NCBI GenBank assembly: GCA_022827905.1
Contig: JAJEIQ010000050.1
Coordinates: 1,385 to 65,384, forward strand
DNA from: Pseudomonadales bacterium
Lineage (GTDB): Bacteria > Pseudomonadota > Gammaproteobacteria > Pseudomonadales > Azotimanducaceae
Direction of reading: 5' to 3'
Length of the DNA stretch: 64,000 nt
A program made the translations under genes and the position numbers. Within the stretch, counting starts at the first letter, position 1, and the number at the start of each line of letters is the position of its first letter. Positions 28,061 to 36,124 of this stretch are shown here, in pieces. Below the pieces are notes generated by a model, which worked only from the letters and a program-made list of their open reading frames with translations, was not told the DNA's origin and searched no databases.

Positions 28061-28098
28061 TGTTTCACATACTATGAAAGATGAAACAGATAAGTCAA
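28061..28098 (-). promoter_or_regulatory. sigma70-like promoter with overlapping inverted repeat (candidate Xre operator)
   Basis: On the minus strand: TTGACT (28098-28093), an 18-nt spacer, then TAGTAT (28074-28069). The inverted repeat TGTTTCA (28061-28067) / TGAAACA (28082-28088) overlaps the -10 and spacer. It lies about 60 nt upstream of the antitoxin ATG. Confidence 0.4.
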
Positions 28099-28292
28099 CA
28101 AAGTTGGCTTGGCACGCAGCAGTAGCGTTTTGACGTTCACATCGTGCTCCCGGGACAATGAAGTCGAGGAAGCGCTGTGCGTGACAGCAAAAACGCAGAT
28201 TCCTCTACATCGTATTTTCGCCATCCGAAAATAAGCGGTCGCCAACGAACTGCAATACGAGGTACTTTACTCAACCGCAATCAAGGAAGCCC

Positions 28293-30209
28293 ATGAACAG
28301 CGTCATCAACAATCCGACTCACCCCCTCGACCCGTGCACCGCTGAGGAATTGACTCTCGCCGTATCGATACTGCGTGACGCAAACGAGCTGAGCGAGCAG
28401 GCTGCATTTGCCTGCGGCTTTCCTGCTGAACCGCCGAAGGACCTGGTTCTTCAGTTCGAGGCAGGCATGGACTTTGATCGCCTGATCCGCTTGATCGGCC
28501 ACGACCGCGCCCGCAAGCAGAGTTTTGATGCGCACGTTTCATTGACCAACCGGCAGCTGGTTGAACTGAATTGGATCGAAGATGGTCAGGCGCCTGTCTC
28601 GGCCGCCGACTACCTGCGCATGCTGGAATTGGTGAAGGCCGATGCCGAGTGGGTGGCCGCCGTGAGCAAGCGGGGCATTGAGGACGTGTCCAAGGTGCAT
28701 CTGGAGCCTTGGGTATGCGGCCAGCCGCTTCCGGACATGCATCCGCAGGCGCGCGCGATACGGGCAATTGCCTTCCTGAGCGAGCGGCCCCAGGACAACT
28801 ACTATGCGAAGCCGATCGAGGGCCTGATCGCCCATGTGGACCTTGATGAAGGCGTGGTCATTGTCGAGGACCACGGCGTGGTGCCGATCCCGCAAGACGG
28901 CTCGGAGTATGCGGCCGCGGCCATGGATGGGTTCCGCAAGGACTTAAAGCCCCTCGAGATCACGCAACCGGAGGGTCCGAGCTTCACCGTTGAAGGCCAG
29001 GTCATCCGCTGGCAGAAGTGGCGGATGCGCATCGCGGTCAATCCCGTTGAGGGCTTGGTGCTCTACGATGTGCGCTACAACGACAATGGCCGTGAGCGGC
29101 CGATCCTTTATCGCGCCTCGCTTTCCGACATGGTGGTGCCCTACGGCGACTCATCGCCCATGCACAATTGGAAGCACGCCTTCGACGCCGGCGAGACGCT
29201 GATGGGCCACGGCGGTAACTCGCTGAGGCTCGGCTGCGACTGCCTGGGCGAAATCCACTACTTCGACAACACCATCCTGCGCCCCGACGGCAAGCCCCTG
29301 TTGGTCGAGAACGCGGTGTGCCTGCATGAGGAGGACTTCGGCATCCTTTGGAAGCACACCAACGCCTTCAACCCCAAGCTGCCGCCGGAAGTCCGCCGCA
29401 AGCGCCGCTTGGTGGTCAGCATGATCCACACGGTCGGCAACTACGAGTACGGGTTCTTTTGGTATTTCTACCAAGACGGCACCATTCAGCTTGAGGTCAA
29501 GCTGACCGGCATCGTCGGCGTTTCCTTGGTGGCCGATGGCCAAGGCACGGAGTCGGCGCCACTGGTGGCGCCGGGCATCGCCTCCCCCGTGCACCAACAT
29601 CTGTTCTGCTTTCGGCTCGACTTCAATCTCGACGGCCAAGACAACTCGGTCTGCGAGGTTGATGTTGAGCCACAGCCCATTGGGCCACGGAATCCCAACG
29701 ACAACTACTTTAAGACGGTCTCTCGCCTGCTTCGTTCCGAGCAGGAGGCGCAGCGGGACAACGCGCCGGAGCGCAGCCGCGTTTGGAAGGTGATCAACCC
29801 CAACGTTACCAACAGCATGGGCAACCCCGTTGGATACAAGCTGCTCGCCCAGGCCAGCCCGCCGTTGCTGTCGGGCAAGGGTTCGCTCCATTACCAGCGC
29901 GCCGGGTTCGCCCGCCACAACCTGTGGGTCACGCCCTATGCCGATGAGGAACTCTACGCGGACGCCGGTCCGTTCACTAACCTGCATTCCGGCAACGCGG
30001 GCCTGCCCGTGTACACCGAGCAGGATAGAAACACCGAAAACGCCGACCTCGTGGTGTGGCACACCTTCGGCGTGACCCACGTGCCGCGGCCGGAGGATTG
30101 GCCGATCATGCCGGTGGAATACGCCGGCTTCATGCTGATGCCGGTCGGCTTTTTCGATGCGAATCCAGCGTTGGACGTGCCGCCGGCCAGTCACTGCGAC
30201 AGCATGTAA
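28293..30209 (+). CDS. copper-containing primary-amine oxidase (TPQ enzyme)
   Basis: TPQ precursor motif TVGNYEY. Cu-ligand histidines occur in SPVHQHLF and HTFGVTHVP. 638 aa with no signal peptide. Confidence 0.95.
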   Translation: MNSVINNPTHPLDPCTAEELTLAVSILRDANELSEQAAFACGFPAEPPKDLVLQFEAGMDFDRLIRLIGHDRARKQSFDAHVSLTNRQLVELNWIEDGQAPVSAADYLRMLELVKADAEWVAAVSKRGIEDVSKVHLEPWVCGQPLPDMHPQARAIRAIAFLSERPQDNYYAKPIEGLIAHVDLDEGVVIVEDHGVVPIPQDGSEYAAAAMDGFRKDLKPLEITQPEGPSFTVEGQVIRWQKWRMRIAVNPVEGLVLYDVRYNDNGRERPILYRASLSDMVVPYGDSSPMHNWKHAFDAGETLMGHGGNSLRLGCDCLGEIHYFDNTILRPDGKPLLVENAVCLHEEDFGILWKHTNAFNPKLPPEVRRKRRLVVSMIHTVGNYEYGFFWYFYQDGTIQLEVKLTGIVGVSLVADGQGTESAPLVAPGIASPVHQHLFCFRLDFNLDGQDNSVCEVDVEPQPIGPRNPNDNYFKTVSRLLRSEQEAQRDNAPERSRVWKVINPNVTNSMGNPVGYKLLAQASPPLLSGKGSLHYQRAGFARHNLWVTPYADEELYADAGPFTNLHSGNAGLPVYTEQDRNTENADLVVWHTFGVTHVPRPEDWPIMPVEYAGFMLMPVGFFDANPALDVPPASHCDSM

Positions 30210-31327
30210 TCGGCCAAGGCCGCAAGGGCCGCTTCGTTTTCCTGATCGAGTCCCACCGTCAGGCGAAGGCATTTGTCGCTTGCGCCCGCCGGTCGAGGAA
30301 TGATGCCTCGCCGCATCATGTGTGCCGCGGCTTCAGTGGCATTTTTATCCTGGTCAGGTGGGAAACAGACGAGATAGAAGTTCGCGACACTCGGCACCAT
30401 GCCCAGACCCATCCGAGGCAGGGCGTCGGCGATCCGTTGCAGCCATGCGATGTTGTGCTTGCGCACCTTCTCCAAATGAACGCGGTCGCGGATTGCTGCC
30501 GCTGCGGCGGCGAGTGCCGGGCCGTTGGCATTAAACGGGGTGCGGATGCGTTGCACCGCATCCACTACGTTCGGCGGGCAGTAGGCCCAGCCAATGCGCA
30601 GGGAAGCGAGACCGTGGATTTTGGAGAAGGTCCGCGTCATCACCACGTTGGAGCATTCATCGACCAAGGAGGCACCGTCATCATAGTCCGGCCGGTCCAC
30701 ATACTCGGCATAGGCCCCGTCGATTACCAGCAGGCAACCGGTCGGCAGCTCCGCCTGGAGACTGCGAAGTTCCCGGCCTGTGATGTAGGTGCCGGTGGGG
30801 TTGTTCGGATTGGCGACGATGCAGAGTTTCGACTTGGAGGTGACACAGCCGAGCAGCGCCCGCACATCGACCCGGTCGTCCCGCTCGGACGCAATGCGGA
30901 CATCCCCACCTTGGGCAATGGCGTGAATTTTGGCCATCTCGAAGTTGTTCTCGCTGAGAATGACTTGGTCTCCGGCCTTGAGATACGCCCGGATCATCAA
31001 CAGAATCATCTCATCAGAGCCGTTGCCGCAAATGATGCGATCCGGGTCGAGGCCGAGCGCCGCGCCAATGGCCTGCCGCAAATCCGACTGCGAGCCATCC
31101 GGATACCGGTGCAGTTGACCCGCCGCCGACCGATAGGCGGCAAGCGCTGCGGGACTGGGCCCATGCGCGGATTCGTTGGAGGACAGCTTGATGGGATGCG
31201 CCACGCCGGAGATGGCGTGCTTTCCCTGTTGGTAGGGAGCCAGCCTGGATATTCCGGGCACCTCGATGGGCGTGCTAATGCTGTTGCCTCCCCTGTCGTG
31301 GATTGGGATGTCAGGACGGCTGGTCAT
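30191..31327 (-). CDS. histidinol-phosphate/aromatic aminotransferase family (class II PLP)
   Basis: Motifs KLSSNESAHGPSP, NPNNPTG, and the PLP-lysine region TFSKIHGLASLRIGW. Confidence 0.9.
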   Translation of the reverse strand: MTSRPDIPIHDRGGNSISTPIEVPGISRLAPYQQGKHAISGVAHPIKLSSNESAHGPSPAALAAYRSAAGQLHRYPDGSQSDLRQAIGAALGLDPDRIICGNGSDEMILLMIRAYLKAGDQVILSENNFEMAKIHAIAQGGDVRIASERDDRVDVRALLGCVTSKSKLCIVANPNNPTGTYITGRELRSLQAELPTGCLLVIDGAYAEYVDRPDYDDGASLVDECSNVVMTRTFSKIHGLASLRIGWAYCPPNVVDAVQRIRTPFNANGPALAAAAAAIRDRVHLEKVRKHNIAWLQRIADALPRMGLGMVPSVANFYLVCFPPDQDKNATEAAAHMMRRGIIPRPAGASDKCLRLTVGLDQENEAALAALADYMLSQ

Positions 31328-31378
31328 GGACGAGTTGAGCCGCTACCGTAGGGCTTCTTATCTTACAGGTAATCCAGA

Positions 31379-33049
31379 GTGGCGAATGCCAAAGCTCCTG
31401 CCGTGAATGAGATGACCGGTGCGGATGCCCTGTTGACCCAACTTTTGGCCAATGGGGTCGACACCATCTACGGTCTGCCCGGCGGGCAACTCGATCACTT
31501 CTTCGATTCGATGCAGCGCGCCGGCCACCGCATTCGCTACATCGGCAGCCGGCACGAGCAGGGGGCGGCGTACATGGCGCTCGGTCACGCGCGCTCCACC
31601 GGCCGGCCGGGCGTGTACTGCGTGGTTCCCGGCCCGGGGGTGTTGAACACAACCGCCGCATTGTGTACCGCCTACGCAGCCAATACGCCGGTGTTGGGCT
31701 TGACCGGACAGATTCCGAGTGAAGGCCTCGGGCGCGGCATTGGCTATCTGCACGAATTGCCGGATCAGTTGGCGACGCTCAAGACGCTGACCCGCTGGTC
31801 GGGTCGGATCATGTCGCCTGAAGCCGCACCGGGCATGGTGAATCAGGCGTTTCGGCACATGCTGGCTGGGCGGCCCGGGCCAGTGACCTTGGAGATGCCG
31901 ATGGACATCATGGGGCGTGGTGGCCGTGTGGAGGCATTGCCGCCCGCGCCAATCGACCATGGGTTGGCGGTGAATGAGGATGATGCGGCCGCTGCCGCCC
32001 GGCTGATGGCGAGGTCGAAATCGCCGCTCATCATAGCGGGCGGTGGCGCGATTTCGGCGACGGCGGAGATCAACGAGCTGGCGGAACGGCTGCAGGCACC
32101 CGTAGCAAGTTTCCGCAACGGGCGGGGCGTGGTATCGGATCGCAGCCCGCTCTCGCAGATTCTGCCCGCTGGCTACGAACTCTGGCGCGGCGCCGATTTG
32201 GTGATCGGCATCGGCAGTCGCATGGAGCAGCAGTACCTGCACTGGGGCATGCCGCCGGCCAGAAAGGTGATCCGCATCGACATCGACGAAGCGGAGATGG
32301 CGCGTCACCGGTCCCCCACGGTTGGGCTGCATTGCGATGCCCGGGCGGCGGTTTCCGCCATTCTCAATGCCTTGGATGGGGTGTTGGGTCGGCGGCCGTC
32401 CCGGTTGGCCGAATTGACCGCGCTAAAGGGTCGCGTTCGTCAACAGATCGAGTCAGTGCAACCCCAGGTCGCCTATCTCGATGCGATTCGGGAAGCGCTG
32501 CCGGACGATGGATTTCTGGTCGATGAAATCACCCAGGTTGGCTATGCCTCCTGGTATGCCTTTCCCGTCTATGAACCCAGGCGATTGATAACCAGCGGCT
32601 ATCAGGGAACCCTGGGCTACGGCTACGCCACCGCTCTTGGCGTCAAGGCCGCCAACCTGGATGCTCCCGTGGTTAATCTCGCCGGCGACGGCGGCTTTCT
32701 GTACACCTCGAACGAAATGGCAACCGCCGCCCAATACAACTTGGACCTGGTCACGGTGCTGTTCAACAACAACAAGTTCCAAAACGTCCAGCGCCAGCAG
32801 AAGCAGTGGTTTGGGGGCCGGATCATCGGATCGGACTTGCGCAATCCGGACTTTGTCAAGTACGGCGAGAGTTTCGGCATCCGCAGTTCTCGCGTCGACT
32901 CGCCAGGGCGCCTGCGCGATGAAATCGAGCGCTGCCTAGCGCAGCGGGGCCCGGCGCTGATCGAGGTGCCCGTCGACGACATGGCGTCGCCCTGGCCATT
33001 CATCATCAGAGAGCCGCTGTTTTCTCCGGACGATGAACCGGGAACTTGA
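31379..33049 (+). CDS. thiamine-diphosphate enzyme (acetolactate synthase / 2-keto-acid decarboxylase family)
   Basis: N-terminus TGADALLTQLLANGVDTIYGLPGG. ThDP motif GDGGFLYTSNEMATAAQYNLDLVTVLFNNN. Confidence 0.9.
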   Translation: MANAKAPAVNEMTGADALLTQLLANGVDTIYGLPGGQLDHFFDSMQRAGHRIRYIGSRHEQGAAYMALGHARSTGRPGVYCVVPGPGVLNTTAALCTAYAANTPVLGLTGQIPSEGLGRGIGYLHELPDQLATLKTLTRWSGRIMSPEAAPGMVNQAFRHMLAGRPGPVTLEMPMDIMGRGGRVEALPPAPIDHGLAVNEDDAAAAARLMARSKSPLIIAGGGAISATAEINELAERLQAPVASFRNGRGVVSDRSPLSQILPAGYELWRGADLVIGIGSRMEQQYLHWGMPPARKVIRIDIDEAEMARHRSPTVGLHCDARAAVSAILNALDGVLGRRPSRLAELTALKGRVRQQIESVQPQVAYLDAIREALPDDGFLVDEITQVGYASWYAFPVYEPRRLITSGYQGTLGYGYATALGVKAANLDAPVVNLAGDGGFLYTSNEMATAAQYNLDLVTVLFNNNKFQNVQRQQKQWFGGRIIGSDLRNPDFVKYGESFGIRSSRVDSPGRLRDEIERCLAQRGPALIEVPVDDMASPWPFIIREPLFSPDDEPGT

Positions 33050-33051
33050 CT

Positions 33052-33342
33052 CTACCAAGGCTTGTTGAGGCCGGTTCGGAGACGACGTTCCCGCCACTGC
33101 CGGTCGGTTCTTCCCCCGCCATCGGCGCTCCGGCCAGGCGAGAACGGCAGGCGCAATAGAAAACCCCAAGCGGACCCGCTGAACAGGAGTCGCGCCAGAG
33201 TAGCCCGGGCATCGCGGGGGGAAACGACGATCCGGGCCGCCAAGGTGCTTTCCGGAGCGCTGTCGATGATCAGTTGCTCACCGTCGCGGCCGATGGCGCC
33301 CACCTGAAACTCAATGTCCGCAAGTTCACTGGTGACCTTCAT
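33052..33342 (-). CDS. hypothetical small protein (doubtful)
   Basis: The ATG overlaps the upstream stop (ATGA 33339-33342), which suggests coupling. The first ~55 aa look protein-like, but the C-terminal half is Arg/Gly-rich like non-coding GC-rich DNA. It ends 2 nt from the convergent ThDP gene. Confidence 0.3.
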   Translation of the reverse strand: MKVTSELADIEFQVGAIGRDGEQLIIDSAPESTLAARIVVSPRDARATLARLLFSGSAWGFLLRLPFSPGRSADGGGRTDRQWRERRLRTGLNKPW

Positions 33343-34505
33343 GCGGATTGATCCTCTCGCTTCAAAGCACCGATGTTCTGCGCGGCCTCGATCCTCTGCC
33401 GGTGACGCTTCGGCATGTCCTCCACGCTGAGGCCCGCCGGCGGCATGAATTGGCCGCGCCCATACAATTCTGCGAACACCTTTTCAACCGGGCGCATCTT
33501 ATCCGCCAGGGTGCGCGGCGGCTTGCCGCTCGGGAACTGATTCGGCGGATAGATTGAATTCTCGTACATCTGCCGGAAGCCCTCGGTGCGCAGGTCCACC
33601 CAGCAGTTGTGGTTGCAGCGGGAGCGGTGTTCGCGCAGTGCCTCGATGTCGATGGGCGCGGCGATCACCTGCTCCTCGGGATAGGGCGCCGTGCGCACCA
33701 TCATGCCGATGTAGTCGATGATGAAGGAGTTGCCGGAACAGAAGGCCCGGGGGTAGTAGTCGTAGTCCACCGTGCCCCAGTTTGAACCGAGCAGATAGCA
33801 CATGTTGTCGTGGGCGCGGGTACGCCGGGTGAAGGTCCAGAAATCCCAGGGTTCGGAGACACCCTCGGCCTCCTGCAGGGCAACCGGATGACAGATCACT
33901 TCGCAGCCGTTGTAGCCGAGCGCCCGCGACACTTCCGGCGTGCAACCGTCGTGGCAGGTCATGGTGCCGAGCTTGCCGATGGGCGTGTCGATCACCGGGA
34001 ATAGGTCGCGAATGTCGGCGCCGAACACTTCGCGGTATTCGTCAAGCAGATCGTGCGGGCTGGTGCCGAGGCCGATGGAGGCCGGGATGTGCCACTTGTG
34101 GTAGCGCAACTCCACGTCGCCGGAAGGGCCGATGATGAAGGCGGTGTTGAACCAGCGATCCGGGAACTCGGCAACCTGTTCGACGACCCCACCGCCAGCG
34201 ATGTAGAGGTTGTACTCCCTAGCCTTGTCGCCGAGCGCCTGCATTTCCGGCCCATCGATGGCGATGGCCTTCTTCATGAAGCTGTCGATGCCGTGTTCGC
34301 CCTTGCCGGGCGTGGTGACGCCCTGCAGGAAGTACTCCGGCAGCACAACCAGCCGCGACGGCAGTTCCCAAAAGTAGCCGACGCCGAAGTCGATCAGGTT
34401 GAGCACTCGGTCGAGGTTCTGCTTGATTTCCGACCTGTCGCTAGCCACCCGCACATGGGGCTGAACGACAAGGGCTGTGTACTTCTCAATGGGTGAGTGG
34501 GTCAT
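33339..34505 (-). CDS. carbon-nitrogen hydrolase (nitrilase/aliphatic amidase superfamily)
   Basis: ATG 34505 follows AAGGA. Glu in VLPEYFLQG, Lys in YHKWHIP and Cys in GTMTCHDG form the E-K-C triad pattern. Confidence 0.85.
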   Translation of the reverse strand: MTHSPIEKYTALVVQPHVRVASDRSEIKQNLDRVLNLIDFGVGYFWELPSRLVVLPEYFLQGVTTPGKGEHGIDSFMKKAIAIDGPEMQALGDKAREYNLYIAGGGVVEQVAEFPDRWFNTAFIIGPSGDVELRYHKWHIPASIGLGTSPHDLLDEYREVFGADIRDLFPVIDTPIGKLGTMTCHDGCTPEVSRALGYNGCEVICHPVALQEAEGVSEPWDFWTFTRRTRAHDNMCYLLGSNWGTVDYDYYPRAFCSGNSFIIDYIGMMVRTAPYPEEQVIAAPIDIEALREHRSRCNHNCWVDLRTEGFRQMYENSIYPPNQFPSGKPPRTLADKMRPVEKVFAELYGRGQFMPPAGLSVEDMPKRHRQRIEAAQNIGALKREDQSA

Positions 34506-34524
34506 GGGTGAGTCCTTGCAGGGT

Positions 34525-36102
34525 TTACCAGAAGCTTGCGGGCTTGATGCCCATGTCATCGAGCATCACGTTGGCGGTGATGGTGCCCATGGCCGAGATG
34601 CCGCCGCCGGGGTGGCAATGGGGGCCGGTCATGTACAGGTCGCGGATGGGCGACCGATAGTGGGCATAGCCCGGGAACGGTCGAAAGCAGCCGAGTTGGG
34701 ACTCGATGCGCTCGCCGCCGTTGGTGGTGCCTTCGACGAAACAGGGATTGGCGGCCTCGAGGCTTTCGCCGGTGTCCACCGCTAGGGCCAGAATGTTCTC
34801 GTCAGCGACGTTCGGCGCGTAGCGCTGCAGCTTGGCGAGCAGCACGCGCTTGGTGTAATCCTCGCCAATCTCCGCCCAGGTTTTGCCGTTGGCCAGCCAA
34901 TTGGAAACGAATGTGTCGAAAATCAGGGTGTGCTTGCCCTCGGGAGCCCGGGTTGGATCGAGCAGCGTCCAGCAGGCGCTCCACAAAAATGGATCCGACG
35001 GCGCGATGCCCATGGACAATTCGGCGTAGTAGCGGGTCATCTGCTCCATGGAATCGACGATGCGATGGAAGGCGCAGCGGCTCATGTCGCTGCCGTTGGT
35101 GAATTGGGGAGGTTCCTCAAGGGCCAGATGACCCCGGCAGACGGAAATCCTGCCGAAGCTGTAGCCGCGCACCATATCCAGAAAGTCATCCTCCAATTCA
35201 CCTTGGTCGATCAGCCTCAGGAAGGTCTGGCGCGGTTCCAAAGCGGAGACGAGGGCGCGGCTGGCGCCGATGCGGCCCTGCGCGCTGGTGACCACCGCAC
35301 TGGCCCTGCCCTTCTCCACCAGGATCCTCTCCGCCGCGCAACCAGTTAGCACGCGCCCCTGCCTCGCTTCGATGTAGCGCGCCATGGCGTTGGGCAGCAT
35401 TTGGCTGCCGCCTTCGGGGATGGCCTGTCCGTAGAGGTGAATCGCCGGGATCATGATGTAGAAGGATTGGCCGGCGCCCCCCTGGTCGGGCAGGATTTGC
35501 GGCGCCAATGCCCAATTCATCAACACGGCGCGCACAAAATCGTGTTCGAAGTAGGTTTCCACCCAAGCCCGCGCCGACATGGAAAAATCCCGCAGCCGAC
35601 GAATGCCGGCCTCGGTGTTTTCCAAGGCTTGGGGAAGTGCGCTCGGTGGCGAGGGCGGCGAGAAGAAGTTCTTGACGAAGCCTTCGCGAATCGCCTCGAA
35701 CTCCTCGAAAATCGAGCGATAGCGCTGCGCGTCCCGGCGCGAGTAGTTGGCGATGGAGTCGCAAGTGAGGTCGATGTCCTTGTGGATCACGATGCCCGGA
35801 CCACCGTTGCAGTCCGGATGCCCGGTGATCTGATCCTCGGGTTCGATGTACTTCAGCCCGTAGTGCTCGAGTTCCGGTTGAATGCTCTTGAAATCAGCAT
35901 TGCATTGAATCCAGACATGGGATGAGCCATAGAGGTCATGCTTGAATCCCGGCAACGTGACTTCCCGGGTGACGGCACCGCCGCCCACCCATTGGTTGCG
36001 CTCCAGCACACAGACGCGCAGGCCCTCGCGCGCCAGCACGGCACCGCAGGAAAGCCCATTGACACCACCGCCGATTACGACGACATCGAAGTCGGAATCC
36101 AC
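34525..36102 (-). CDS. FAD-dependent oxidoreductase (phytoene desaturase/CrtI-like family)
   Basis: Dinucleotide fold DVVVIGGGVNGLSCGAVLAREGLRVCVLE. 525 aa. Confidence 0.85.
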   Translation of the reverse strand: MDSDFDVVVIGGGVNGLSCGAVLAREGLRVCVLERNQWVGGGAVTREVTLPGFKHDLYGSSHVWIQCNADFKSIQPELEHYGLKYIEPEDQITGHPDCNGGPGIVIHKDIDLTCDSIANYSRRDAQRYRSIFEEFEAIREGFVKNFFSPPSPPSALPQALENTEAGIRRLRDFSMSARAWVETYFEHDFVRAVLMNWALAPQILPDQGGAGQSFYIMIPAIHLYGQAIPEGGSQMLPNAMARYIEARQGRVLTGCAAERILVEKGRASAVVTSAQGRIGASRALVSALEPRQTFLRLIDQGELEDDFLDMVRGYSFGRISVCRGHLALEEPPQFTNGSDMSRCAFHRIVDSMEQMTRYYAELSMGIAPSDPFLWSACWTLLDPTRAPEGKHTLIFDTFVSNWLANGKTWAEIGEDYTKRVLLAKLQRYAPNVADENILALAVDTGESLEAANPCFVEGTTNGGERIESQLGCFRPFPGYAHYRSPIRDLYMTGPHCHPGGGISAMGTITANVMLDDMGIKPASFW

Positions 36103-36124
36103 GAAAATATGGAATCAGTCCGGT

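Noticed and set aside
29151-32332. Long antisense ORFs at 29151-30272(-), 30056-31351(+) and 31358-32332(-).
   Set aside because: Each lies opposite a gene with strong family motifs (amine oxidase TPQ site, aminotransferase PLP site, ThDP motif). They have no motifs of their own.
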